A stretch of DNA of 64,000 nucleotides, taken from assembly GCA_002269645.1 (NCBI GenBank), contig NIVC01000673.1:310001-374000 (forward strand), given 5' to 3'. Of this stretch, positions 1 through 27,190 are shown piece after piece. This stretch comes from Macrostomum lignano. Lineage: Eukaryota. Position 1 is the stretch's first letter; each line of letters opens with the position of its first letter. A program made the position numbers and the translations under genes. The notes below the pieces were generated by a model, which searched no databases, was not told the DNA's origin, and worked only from the letters and a program-made list of their open reading frames with translations.

Positions 1-1927
1 TCCCCATTCTCAAACCACAGCCAGGTTTTTTGTTCCAGCTTCTTTTTTCTTATTATTAACTGGACTCTTATTTTTGTGCTGAGCACTAGACTTATTTTTT
101 GTCGACGCACTTCTAAAAGGATTCGATGCGCTTTTCTTGCAGCAAAAAAACGTAACATTTTAGAATGTCGCCATCGGAGAAACGTCAGCAACAAAACAAA
201 AATAAAAGAAAAAAGTTATGAGAACATCGTTCAGTTTCCTAGTAGAGTAGGTATATAAATATAAATGAAAAACAAAATTGATTTTTTCTTCATTCACACA
301 CTTGAATTTTCTTAGTACTAAGAAAATGCTTAGAAAATGCCCGAATGCTTACAAGCGTACATGTAATACAAATAGACCTATCGCGACTTTCCTAGTCGTT
401 TCTTTAGTTCACCTTCACTTGTCTCTGTTTACTCTGTTTTCTCTCTGTCTAGCTCAATCTTGTTATTCTTGTCTCTCTCTCCCTTGCTGCCTTCTGATTG
501 AGTCAGATTGACTCTTCATTCTCGCCTATCTCTTCAGTCGCGCACTCCACCACACTCCACTCCTCTTCCTTATTATTCTGGGCTCAACCCCCAAATATAA
601 AATGTTCTATAAATACATCGGTTCGAGCCCTGCGCCCACTTCTGCTTTGTCTTCAATATAACTCATCTAACAGTAAATATAGAATATAGTCTTATTTTCT
701 CTACAAGACCTTCATTTTATATTACTGCACTAGTGACGAGTAAGGTGTGCCGTCTTATGTATTATTCAAATGAAAATTTCCGTAAAATTATACGTTCGTA
801 TGCGTATGTGGTTAAAAAGTATGTTTCATTCTTCAGGCAGCCTAACAGTATCGAAGTGATTTACCTGTACTAAGCAAAAAATATAAACAGAATCCCTAAA
901 AACTAGCTAAAATAAATGTCCTTAAAATACATAATAAAATAAGCAACGAAATAGGCGAAATCCATTAAATAGTTCTTAGTATTTTATTTACTCAAATTAT
1001 TAGTTTTGATATTTTCGTGCGCGGAAATACATCCTAACAAATTATTTTGTAGCGATTTGAGAGCAAGTAATATTTAATTCAAGGATTTAATCGCTTTAAT
1101 GAAAAACAATTTTATTGTTAAAAAAAATTAATTATTAAAAATACAGTGCAGTGTCAATGTCTACTCTTGGTGGCACAGTAATTTTAAATTGTCTTATGTA
1201 AACGAAATTTTTACTAGTCGGGCGCGAGTTGATAATATTGTTGAATAAATTTACGAAAAATGTCGCAAGTAAAGTTGCAGGAAAGCATCGTGTAAGTGTT
1301 TCGATTTTTCTTGAGAAGCCTTTATATATTTTAAAGTAAGCACAAATAAATTATGAAGAGCTTTAAAAATATATGAAAATGTATCTAACAATGCTTTAAG
1401 GTCCATTGTGATTTTGGCTTGCGATTCTCACATAATTAGAAATACAGTAATATCTTACTAAAACAAGATCAAGACTTCAAGGGGAGTTTTTTAATTTTAT
1501 TGCTGAGAAAAAAAACAGTTCTATGTTTATTCTGTCAAGCAATATTTAAAAAACACAAAAAGCTATGCACAGAAAAAAATATTTGGGAATTGGGATAGTG
1601 TTAGTCCTGTTAGTTTTGCTGGCTACAGTATAGTCTTGCTGTTACTATATAAATACTTTAATGCAGGAATATCTATTTAAACTTTAATAAACTTTAGAGA
1701 AGAAATATAAATACTCTATTAGTACTCTTTACTCTTCCTGAAAGTATTCTGTTGTTATGCTTAAACTGGAAACTCATTAAAACCATTTGAATGTAATTTT
1801 TGTTTACAATTTTTTCCTATTCTAAAACTGTTTACCACCAGCAAGTTTGAACAGAAAATTAACAGTTGATTAAAACAAAATTTACAGAAAACATACATAT
1901 ATATTTATTTATTTAATTTGAACTCAG

Positions 1928-16655
<14,728 letters not shown>

Positions 16656-17582
16656 TCCCAGCTCAAGTTTGTTCCCCACTTCAGCAAAACTGTGCTCAGC
16701 AGACTCTGACTGTCAAAGCTTATTAAATATGAATTTGATATAAAAAACCTGTTATTGCAGTTTTTTCTCTTGCAGTGCCTCGTTTAATCTAACAAAATAA
16801 TGATTTTGCATGCTTAAAATTGGAATATCTTTGTTAAATTTTATAATTTTGTTGACGTAGTTGGTTGCTACTACTAGTAATAATATTGTGCTTTTTTAAT
16901 TTATTTAAAAATACAAAGTAAAGTAGATGTCAGACAAAAAAATATGTTGAATATTCTGTCAGATACAGAAAAACTAGTTTTGGTGTTTTTAAACAATTTC
17001 GTCAAATACGGAAGTATTTTGACGATCTCGATGACTGCTTCAGATTGCTTCTCCAAAACTATTGGGCTGTGAGCAACACCCCCTGACTCCATTCTGCAGC
17101 TGAAAAATTTACATTAGCACTTGGATAATTTATCTTGAAATTCAGTACTAAGACAGGCAGCTCATTATTAGCCATCGCATATCTAACTTAAAAGGCGGGA
17201 ATTGGCTATTTAAAAAAGTCATGCATGAATCGATTCTGCAGACAATGTTGCAGCTAAGAGCTACCACCCGTAACCATCTGGCCGTGGGACGATCGCAGCC
17301 TCCTTAAAACGATAGAAAAAGGCAATACTGCATCGGCATCAGCTGGCATCCGACAAGCAAAAAACCCACGGGAGAAAAAAATTTTGAGAACTCAAGACGA
17401 AAACCCTCGCTGCTAAGTTCCCTCCCACAGCAGGTAACCTTGACAACTGAAACAAACACATTGCAAGCCCGATGGGTGCGGAACATCTCTTTAGCCTTCC
17501 TACGACGAGTTCACGGCCAAAAAGTTTCTAAAACTTTTTTCCGAGACAATAACAGTTCTGTTTCAAGCATGAACTTCGCTGC

Positions 17583-18447
17583 CTTGCTGAGATGTCGATG
17601 ATTACTGTGGGGATTGCTGCGATGTCGATGCTTACTGTGGGGATTGCTGCGATGTCGATGCTTACTGTGGGGATTGCTGCGATGTCGATGCTTACTGTGG
17701 GGATTGCTGCGATGTCGATGCTTACTGGGGGGATTGCTGAGATGTCGATGATTACTGGGGGAATCGCTGAGATGTCGATGCTTACTGGGGGGGATTGCTG
17801 AGATTTCAAGTCTTACTGGGGTGATTGCTGAGATGTCGATGCTTACTGGGGGGATTGCTGAGATGTCGATGCTTACTGGGGGAATCGCTGAGATGTCGAT
17901 GCTTACTGGGGGGGGATTGCTGAGATTTCAAGTCTTACTGGGGTGATTGCTGAGATGTCGAGGCTTACTGGGGGGATTGCTGAGATGTCGATGATTACTG
18001 GGGGGATTGCTGAGATGTCGATGATTACTGGGGGGATTGCTGAGATTTCAAGTCTTACTGGGGTGATTGCTGAGATTTCAAGTCTTACTGGGGGGATTGC
18101 TGAGATGTCGATGATTACTGTGGGGATTGCTGCGATGTCGATGCTTACTGGGGGGATTGCTGAGATGTCGATGCTTACTGGGGGGATTGCTGAGATGTCG
18201 ATGCTTACTGGGGGGATTGCTGAGATGTCGATGCTTACTGGGGGGATTGCTGAGATGTCGATGATTACTGGGGGAATCGCTGAGATGTCGATGCTTACTG
18301 GGGGAATCGCTGAGATGTCGATGATTACTGGGGGGATTGCTGAGATGTCGATGCTTACTGGGGGAATCGCTGAGATGTCGATGCTTACTGGGGGAATCGC
18401 TGAGATGTCGATGATTACTGGGGGAATTGCTGAGATGTCGAGGCTCA
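17583..18447 (+). repeat. 30-mer minisatellite GATTGCTGAGATGTCGATGCTTACTGGGGG
   Basis: Direct reading. Confidence 0.95.
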
Positions 18448-18724
18448 ATTTGAAGTTGTTGGTTGGCCAAGCCAAAGGCAGATCAAAAGGAGAGTTACGG
18501 TTGAGCTATAGCTTAAAGGGAGGCTATGATGCCAAAGCTCACAGGGGATGCTGATATCTTAGGCTATATGTTTTTTTGCTTTAAACGTCATCTCCCCCAG
18601 GATACGAACAATAGAGACTGTAGATAGAAGGTCAAAACCTACATGCAGTTTATTCAGAAACTTTTATTCCTTGAGGATGGCTCCCCAACGGGGGGGCAGA
18701 TCGCTAGTGGACTACTAAAGTGGT

Positions 18725-19100
18725 GGGGCCGTAGCCCGAGTGGTCCAGCGTGGCGCCCTGATGTGCCAGCGGCCCAGGCTCGATTCCAAGTGCAGTCACA
18801 TTAATTTGGGGCTGAATTGGAATCTCGGCTTGGCTCTGCTCGTGCAATTAACGGCCTTGAGAGCCAACCCCCCCCCCAAGGCGCAGTGAAGTGTACATGC
18901 CTAACGATAATATAAAGTTAGGGCCGCTGTACACTCCTGTGTGAGTGTGTGCCTGCGTACGTATCCGTGCGCTTGTATGCCTGCTCAGGGGAGTCGGCGG
19001 AATGGGCGGCAATGCCTCTCGCCGGTTGTGTGCCAATGTCGCTTAAAGCGCACCAGGGTGGCAGAGAACTTTTAATTGGCAAAACTGAATGACAATAAAA
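18725..19100 (+). mobile_element. SINE-like element: tRNA-derived head plus body shared with three other fragments
   Basis: A box-like TAGCCCGAGTGG at 18732-18743 and B box-like GGCTCGATTCC at 18777-18787. Body 18835-18985 aligns by eye with 48100-48270(-), 22648-22740(+) and 4415-4465(-). Confidence 0.6.
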
Positions 19101-19597
19101 CTTTAAAACTGTTTAGAGATTATATTAGAGATAAAAGCGACCTTCTTGGTAGCTCAAATCAGCTTCGTAGCTTGTTTGGTTTCTACCAAGAAGATACGCT
19201 CGTAAGAGCAACTCCAAGAGTATCCTGCAGTTGACACCCGTGCAGATTTATACAGAAATGTATAGAAAATTGAGTTATAGAGTCATTTGTTCCCTATCTG
19301 AACCCAGGTTAGGTTTCATAATTGAGCCAAATGCAGATCCGGTTGTGAAGTTCAACTAAGAAATCTACATGCAACAGCAACTCTGATTATGAAAGTTTGC
19401 ATCCGGCATCGGGTTGGTGCGACATGCAAACATTTATCGTGGCAACCGCAAACTCGGTTAATAAATACAGGACCAGATGGGGCCAACTAAAAGTTTGCAC
19501 AGCGCGTTCAGTTTTTTTGGACGCAACGAAATGGGGGATATCTTAGATTGAAATAAAAAGTAGTCTGCTAAATCGTTAACCGAATTTGGCCAATTTC

Positions 19598-19731
19598 AGA
19601 TGCCAAGGCTTACAGGGGGGGAATTGCTGAGATGTCAAGGCTTGCGGGGGGAATTGCTGAGATGTCAAGGCTTACTGGGGAATTGCTGAGATGTCAAGGC
19701 TTACAGGGGGGATTGCTGAGACGTCAAGGCT
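19598..19731 (+). repeat. Second block of the same 30-mer family
   Basis: TTGCTGAGATGTCAAGGCTTAC units. Confidence 0.85.
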
Positions 19732-20571
19732 GAGAGGTCAGAAGCTACATGTAGTTTGTTCAAAAAAGTTTATTCCATTTTTGCCTTTCCAACGTGAGGG
19801 GCTTATTGCTAGTGTTTTTTATGCTCGTATAGATGACAGATTTTGCAAAGATTTGCTGTTTTACACAGTGCTAATGGGGTTATGCCATAGAAAAATGCAC
19901 TAAAGTGATGGGAACAATGGGAACAGCTGAAATTTCTACGATGTTCGACGTCGTTGACTTTTAACGCTTTGACTTCTGACAGAATGAACGTTTGAATGGA
20001 CATTTTGATGCTTGACGCTTGACCCAAGTGAATGAATCAACTCTGTCTATGTTTCTGACGTAAGGGATTTGAAGCGGAAAGCCCTAAGATTAACAAGACA
20101 AATGAAGAGGAAATAGCCAGAGCTGAGGCTACGGAGCAGACTCACGTTGGCTGCCATTTTATTTGTTTCTTTGTTGGAAAAAGACACAACAGTTTTGTAT
20201 TCATTACTTTATTGCTGCCTAGTACCTGATCACAATGCATTGAAAAGGCCAGCTCATTGGAGTGCGACAAGTTTTCATTTGGTGCCTGCGTGATTTGTAA
20301 GGCTGCTTGCGTGCGGGAGATAATACTATTCATATTTGAAAGTGTTTTGACGGTCATCAGCAACCTTAGCTAACAAAATTCACAAACAGTACACCTGTCG
20401 CCTGTGGATTCCCGGGCCAGTATATATGCTCGTAAATCTACTTTGAACAGTACTTTTGACTTCTGAAAGTTCATTCATGAGCCTGAATGAACTTGAAGTG
20501 TTCGGTTGAGACGTCTGTAAGTTCGAGTTTATTGTTACCTTGAGAGCCTGGAGATAATGCTTCCTGTGCAG

Positions 20572-21081
20572 CTGCACGGAGTGTTTCTCAACGCGACCGT
20601 TCTGTACGTCATCAAAACGGAGATCACCTTCGATTTACCCATCATTGGAGACGAATGGACTGACGAAATCAAAATCACGAAATTCTACAGAACCGGAGAT
20701 CATGACCGAGTGCGCGCGGGTACCTGAATGACTGGACGGGCGGGTCGTTGCAGCTGACCATTTCCGGCAAGTTTTTACACCAAAAACAGCAGCAACTTTA
20801 TCAAGAAACGTTTGCTTCAACTTGATCATCTGCTTCACTCCCAGCTCCGATTCTGTGCGGCGGCGGCGGCGGCGAGGCCTTCGAGCTCTGGGAGGCCGAG
20901 CCGAACACATCCAGCGGCACCCGCCGACTTCTGCACCGGTCCGCAGCCGCGACCGGCAGCTCAGTCCCGGTTGCCATGGCTACGCCAAACGCGTCAGCAA
21001 CCGACTGGCTGCCCCTGAGGCTGCTGCAGCGATCGGCTCTGAGCCCGGCTGGCGCGGCCGCCTTCGGCCGGCGGTCGGCGG
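20572..21081 (+). pseudogene. Fragmentary + strand gene piece: frameshifted exon, GC-AG intron, then a truncated inverted copy of the lectin gene's last AbfB exon
   Basis: Exon-like 20572-20766 has strong GC3 bias (LHGVFLNATVLYVIKTEITFDLPIIGDEWTDEIKITKFYRTGDHDRVRAG/YLNDWTGGSLQLTISG) but needs +1 nt in the G-run at 20718-20720. Donor G|GCAAGT and acceptor at 20844 match in phase 1. The copy breaks off at 21081 just before a 14-mer array. Confidence 0.4.
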
Positions 21082-21106
21082 AGTGTACAGCGGCAGTCAA
21101 TTTGTA

Positions 21107-21490
21107 TCAGTCAGTTTGTGACAGTCAGTTTGTGACAGTCAGTTTGTGACAGTCAGTTTGTGACAGTCAGTTTGTGACAGTCAGTTTGTGACAGTCAGTT
21201 TGTGACAGTCAGTTTGTGACAGTCAGTTTGTGACAGTCAGTTTGTGACAGTCAGTTTGTGACAGTCAGTTTGTGACAGTCAGTTTGTAACAGTCAGTTTA
21301 TGACAGTCAATTTGTGACAGTCAATTTATGACAGTCAGTTTGAGACAATCAGTTTGTGACAGTCAGTTTGTGACAGTCAGTTTGTGACAGTCAATTTATG
21401 ACAGTCAGTTTGAGACAGTCAGTTTGTGACAGTCAGTTTGTGATAGTCAGTTTGTGACAGTCAGTTTGTGACAGCGAGTTTGTGACAGTG
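21107..21490 (+). repeat. 14-mer minisatellite CAGTCAGTTTGTGA
   Basis: Direct reading. Confidence 0.95.
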
Positions 21491-21962
21491 ACCCATCAGA
21501 CAAAGAACAGGGCCAGTCAACCCAGACTTCAATGATGAAATCTGAGTTCTCGTGAACACTGAACTCTATTGCTCAAATTTAAGATGACTGGATTCTTTAA
21601 ATTTGAGATAAAAAAAAAATTGACATTTCTTCGTTTGAGCTGTCATGCTGTCACACTTGCCATTTTATATTTCTTTTTTTTTCAATGCCTCAAGGCTTGG
21701 CCTTAGAAAGATAGTTAGCTGCACTGGAATTCGCATCCGTTTTAGCTTAAATTCTTAAGCGTCGTATATAAACAGTCATCGATATGTTGAGTCGGTATAT
21801 TTATAAATAAAAATTTAACAGAAACATATCCACAGAAAAGTACATCAATGTGCTTCAATATTTAAAAAAAATCTTTATTTTAATAAGCTTACCTACCTTT
21901 GCCTTACCTTTGTGAGACAGTGGGTTGAAATAATTATAAAGTCACGCAGAGGGAATGCTCAC

Positions 21963-24900
21963 CGGAGTCGCAAGCGGCCTCGAAGCTGCTCACCAGCCCG
22001 ACCGCACCAGCCTCCGCCAGCCGCAGCGTCGCCACGCCGACTGCCGACTCCGCTGCCAGACGGCCTGCCGCACCCTGCCGCAGCTCGAGTCTCCCGCAGC
22101 AGGACGTCGCGTGCGGCTGCGCCAGGCTGAAGGTCGCTCGCTGACGCTCCGCCTCGGCGTCGGCACCGCCGCCGCTCGTCGGGCGGAACAGCGCCGCGGT
22201 GCCGTTGGCTCCGGTCGGCAGGACGCCCAGGAACCAGCCGGGAGCTGCCGCAGCTTCGAAGGACGCCGCCGACCGCCGGCCGAAGGCGGCCACGCCAGCC
22301 GGGCTCAGAGCCGATCGCTGCAGCAGCCTCAGGGGCAGCCAGTCGGTTGCTGACGCGTTCGGCGTAGCCATGGCAACCGGGACTGAGCTGCCGGTCGCAG
22401 CTGCGGACCGGTGCAGAAGTCGGCGGGTGCCGCTGGATGTGTTTGGCTCGGCCTCCCAGAGCTCGAAGGCCTCGCCGTCGCCGCACAGAGTGGGAGCTGG
22501 GAGTGAAACGCGATTTTGAATTGTGGTTACTTGTTTTGCTAGAATAAAGGCTTCACATTGAGAGAAGTCAAATTAGCTGATATTCATACTCATAATTGTA
22601 CTTTAAAGGCGTCGAGTAGCTGTCTGCGGTAACTCCGGCTTACTCTTGCGCTTAGAGGGCCAACCCCAAGGCTCAGAAAGTGTCAATGACGACACACTGT
22701 GTGAGCGTGTGTATGAGTGCGTGCCAGCGTACAGTATTGGTGAGCTCAGGATGTGCTCAGGATGTGCTCAGGATGTGCTCAGGATGTGCTCAGGAATGTG
22801 CAGAACTGCCGTCAGCGCTGGTTGTAGGACGATGTCGCTAAAGGCGTTTCGCCAGAGTGCCCACAGCCCTTCTGTAATTATTAATATTATTGGACTTTAA
22901 GCGTCGCTAAAAACTAATCCTCACCAACTGAAGCTGCGAACACCTGAATCTCGCAGATGGACAGCTGCGACATCCCGTCAATGGTCATCCGAACCATCTG
23001 ACCAGTCTGGTCCTTGAGATGCACTCGCTGTTGAACTTGGCCAACTTTGCTGCCTCTAAATGACACTTTTACCAGAGAAGTGCCGTTGGACGATGCGTTT
23101 TGCACTCCGTAAAACTGCAAACTGGTTTCAGCATTGGACGCTGCCTGAACAGCCAGAATGACTGAGGCTTCGTGCAACTGCACGGGACGCAGAAAGTCCA
23201 CGAGAAGCCACGCGGTGGAGTCATTCGATGTTGCGATTGGCGAGTTGAAGCAGCTGCCGAGTTTGGCATCGACTGACAACTCAGTGCTGACTGCAGAGCT
23301 GGCGGCGGTCGGCATGCTCTCCGACACGAGTGGAACTGCAACTGGCGGCAAATGATTGCTAAGCATGTTCTAATCTATGCAAAAAATCCATACGCAAAGC
23401 ACTCACAGACGTCCCAGCCGAAGACCTCGACCTCGCACAGGTTCATGATCAGCTGATTGGAAGCCAGACCCGTGACGTTCTTCTGCAACACGATGAACCG
23501 TCCAACGAGCAGGATGTCCGGAAACGGTACTACCTGAGGACTCAGACTCGCCGGACCAGCGTAGTACCTCACCTGTGCGAACTGGCTCGGCGACCAGGTG
23601 ACCCACGACTGCGGATCAGATCCCACGCCGAGAGTCACCTGTCGGAACCGAGTGTAGCAGCAGTCCTGACGGTTGTACACGTCCACTCGGTCGATGAGGA
23701 AGTCGCGCAGCAGGTCGATCATGAACCAGGGCGTCGGGTCCGATTTGGAGGTCTCAGCGCACGAGCCGGAGCTCCATCTTCCATCGTGGTTTCCGTCCAC
23801 CAGGGAGGACGCGTACAGCCCGGCGTAGTTGATGGTGGAGAAGCGGGCCGGCTGGCCGCGCGACCGCAGGGACGAAGCGGCTGAAAAAGCAGAGCTTTCA
23901 GATTTAGGCCGTAAGCTACACTCTCTGCACCACATTATTCATGACTCACTCTCTCGCCTGAACTTGTTTACCAATTCTCGACCGATCACGCATCGCTTCA
24001 CCCCACCACAATATTGACTAATAAATATAATTTTGAGCAAAGCCAAACAGAGGCCACCTTTTTCGGCACGCAAACGTAGACTTTACATTAGATAGTTAAA
24101 CAACAATGACAGAGCTCACAGCTCCACAGAGGAGGTCCTCAGCCGACTCACCAGTGCTGCAGTTCACGGTGAAGCTCAGCTCGGTCGCTGTCAGTCCCAC
24201 AGCCGACCCGCCTGCCTCAGTGGAGTTCGGCGACAAAAGTCCGACGAACAGCCCCGGCCGCAGGACGCTTTCAAAGCTGACACCGCCGTCTGATCCGGAC
24301 AATCGAGTCCGAAAGCTGGCCGCAGTCAGCTGTGCCGCCGATGTCAGCGGAGTCGCGTCGAGTCTCGAGCCGTTTCCGGCCGTCAGGAACAGAGCCGGAG
24401 CTCCATCGGCGGACAGCAGGAGAGCCAGGGTGTCCGGCCGAGCTGGCAGGAGGTTCACCGCTTCGAACATCGACGGTCGGACGCACGGAGCGGCGCCGTG
24501 GGTCGCGGAAGCGACGAGGCTTCCGGTGGAGGCGTTGAGACAGAGTTGAGCAGTGGGAGTCAGCTGAGCAGCGAGACTGAGCTGCTCGTTGGGACACAGC
24601 GGTAGACCTGCATTCCAAGTTGATAGGCTTGCAGTCAGAGTAAATCTTTCTGTGAATCTAATTGTGAAATTTTTACGATAGGCTGGTGCTTGTAAAAGTG
24701 TGTGAATGGGCCTTTTGCTTGTCGTGCGATGCACAAACATCTTCACAGAGTGAATTTATGATTTATGGTGATAGGAAAGTCAGTGTTGTCGTATGCACTG
24801 CAGTGAACTAGCTCAATATCTACAAATGCAACCAGAAAAACAATAATCTGGCGAAGTTTTTAGGCACTGGCATAAAAAATAATTCGCCTGGAACCGAGCA

Positions 24901-25963
24901 AGGAAGATGAGGGCCCGGTTCCTCCGCGGGGGGCTCGGCAGGGACATAGGCACGTAGCAAAACAGCAACAACAATCGTAACGATTTCCTTTGAAGTAAAA
25001 ACTAGAGGCCGATTGTTGTTTTGAGCAGAGCAGCCCCCCCCCCCCTATTCATTTGATGCAGCCAGCATGACTAGCAATTTTTCTGATGGATTGCACGGTA
25101 CACAGAGATGGCTGATCAATTCAATAGAAATATCTTTCCTTCTGGGCAACTACGCTAAATTCCAAGCAAGCTCATGCAGTTTATTGTTAGCAGACTGGTT
25201 GCCTTCTGACGAAAGGCTGTTGAGTAATGAAGCAGTGAAGAATATTATAAAAAAATTCAAGACCCTGTTATAGCCCTTGTTTCTTCTTTGGTAAAGTAAC
25301 TAGGGCTGTGTGACTACCAATTAGTGTTTGACTGGGGTTCGTGTCAGAGTGGTAAAGCTGCTTGATAGCTTAGGTAGTCTTAACTTAGTGTATCTGAGGT
25401 CTATGCTACAGAGTGGTAAGGTGCTGATTAGGTCTGAGTGATTACCTATGCCTGAGGGAGTGGGTCTATGCTACAGAGTGGCAAGGTGCTGATTAGGTCT
25501 GAGTGATTACCTATGCCTGAGGGAGTGGGTCTATGCTACAGAGTGGCAAGGTGCTGATTAGGTCTGAGTGATTACCTATGCCTGAGGGAGTGGGTCTATG
25601 CTACAGAGTGGCAAGGTGCTGATTAGGTCTGAGTGATTACCTATGCCTGAGGGAGTGGGTCTATGCTACAGAGTGGCAAGTTGCTGATTAGGTCTGAGTG
25701 ATTACCTATGCCTGAGGGAGTGGGTCTATGCTACAGAGTGGTAAGGTGCTGATTAGGTCTGAGTGATTACCTATGCCTGAGGGAGTGGGTCTATGCTACA
25801 GAGTGGCAAGGTGCTGATTAGGTCTGAGTGACAACTTGTAACTTCGATACGCAGTTCCGTTGATTGCAATAAACCCAAAAAGACAGGCAAAAGTCTCACC
25901 TGAACAAGAGACTGGAAGCTGGATTGCAGCCGAAAGAGCCATCAAGAGGGCAAGAGGCCTCAT
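21963..25963 (-). CDS. Secreted mosaic protein: signal peptide - AbfB-like - F-type lectin (FTP) - divergent FTP/discoidin-like - AbfB-like; 3' end unresolved
   Basis: Exons (minus strand) 25963-25900 (MRPLALLMALSAAIQLPVSCS), 24607-24152, 23880-23407, 23341-22925 and 22496-21963. All internal exons are phase 1-1 and multiples of 3. FTP motifs: ASSLVDGN..GSCAET..PWFMIDL..VDVYNRQDCC..R..MNLCEVEVFG; the second copy has AWLLVDF..LSICEIQVF. AbfB-like motifs: ASFRTRLSGSDGGVSFESVLRPGLFV and ASFEAAAAPGWFL..RATFSL. The end is either read-through to a stop at 21934 or a candidate terminal exon 20723-20635. Confidence 0.75.
22648..22740 (+). mobile_element. SINE body fragment
   Basis: GAGGGCCAACCCCAAGGCTCAG..ACTGTGTGAG..GTGCC.GCGTAC matches the 18.8 kb and 48 kb copies. 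Confidence 0.45.
25398..25830 (+). repeat. 65-mer minisatellite x about 6.5 (lectin gene intron 1)
   Basis: ATTACCTATG recurs at 25441 and 25506, and onward. Confidence 0.93.
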
Positions 25964-26206
25964 TGTTTTGTCCTCGGTGTTGCAAAGCAATGCAGTGACA
26001 ATCTTGAGCAGCAGTTTGGAACCCAAGAAGATGGAGAAAGAAACGAGCAGACAAGTTGTCTGCGGAGTTACAGATCATCAGCATATACAGGTCTCTACCT
26101 TGAGCCTGATTGGCTTGAAGCAATTTGCCCAGCCACCTGTGAATGAGCCTTCACTTGCCCCGTTAATGTTCACCTAAATGAGTCAGATCTCAACGGCTAG
26201 CTGCAT

Positions 26207-27190
26207 CAGATCTATAAGGCCATTCTAGCATTGTGTCTGATCTATAAGGCCATTTTAGCATTGTGTCTGATCTATAAGGCCATTTTAGCATTGTGTCTGA
26301 TCTATAAGGCCATTCTAGCATTGTATCTGATCTATAAGGCCATTTTAGCATTGTGTCTGATCTATAAGGCCATTTTAGCATTGTGTCTGATCTATAAGGC
26401 CATTCTAGCATTGTATCTGATCTATAAGGCCATTTTAGCATTGTGTCTGATCTATAAGGCCATTTTAGCATTGTGTCTGATCTATAAGGCCATTCTAGCA
26501 TTGTATCTGATCTATAAGGCCATTTTAGCATTGTGTCTGATCTATAAGGCCATTTTAGCATTGTGTCTGATCTATAAGGCCATTTTAGCATTGTGTCTGA
26601 TCTATAAGGCCATTTTAGCATTGTATCTGATCTATAAGGCCATTTTAGCATTGTATCTGATCTATAAGGCCATTTTAGCATTGTGTCTGATCTATAAGGC
26701 CATTCTAGCATTGTGTCTGATCTATAAGGCCATTCTAGCATTGTGTCTGATCTATAAGGCCATTCTAGCATTGTGTCTGATCTATAAGGCCATTCTAGCA
26801 TTGTGTCTGATCTATAAGGCCATTCTAGCATTGTGTCTGATCTATAAGGCCATTCTAGCATTGTGTCTGATCTATAAGGCCATTCTAGCATTGTGTCTGA
26901 TCTATAAGGCCACTTTACCATTGTGTCTGATGTATAAGGCCTCTCTACCACTGTGTCTGATCTATAAGGCCTCTCTACCACTGTCTGATCTATAAGGCCA
27001 CTTTACCATTGTGTCTGATCTATAAGGCCTCTCTACCACTGTGTCTGATCTATAAGGCCATTCTACCATTGTGTCTGATCTATAAGGCCATTCTACCATT
27101 GTGTCTGATCTTTAAGGCCTCTCTACCATTGTGTCTGATCTATAAAACCACTCTACCATTGTGTCTGATCTTTAAGGCCACTTTACCATT
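26207..27190 (+). repeat. 30-mer minisatellite GATCTATAAGGCCATT(C/T)TAGCATTGTGTCT
   Basis: About 33 units between the divergent lectin and kinase genes. Confidence 0.96.

Noticed and set aside
1-1927. Search for the missing first DNAI4 exon (ATGs at about 165 and about 1157)
   Set aside because: Neither gives an open frame ending at a phase-2 GT donor; the exon probably lies upstream of the window.
16963-20300. Scattered AG/GT-bounded open segments on + (16963-17067, 19171-19308, about 19361-19460) that could chain into a gene
   Set aside because: AT-rich, no recognisable motif, ambiguous frames; compatible with chance.
20969-22380. Near-perfect X-box GTTGCCATGGCTAC at about 20969 and about 22367
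   Set aside because: It is the coding sequence V-A-M-A-T of the AbfB exon and its duplicate.
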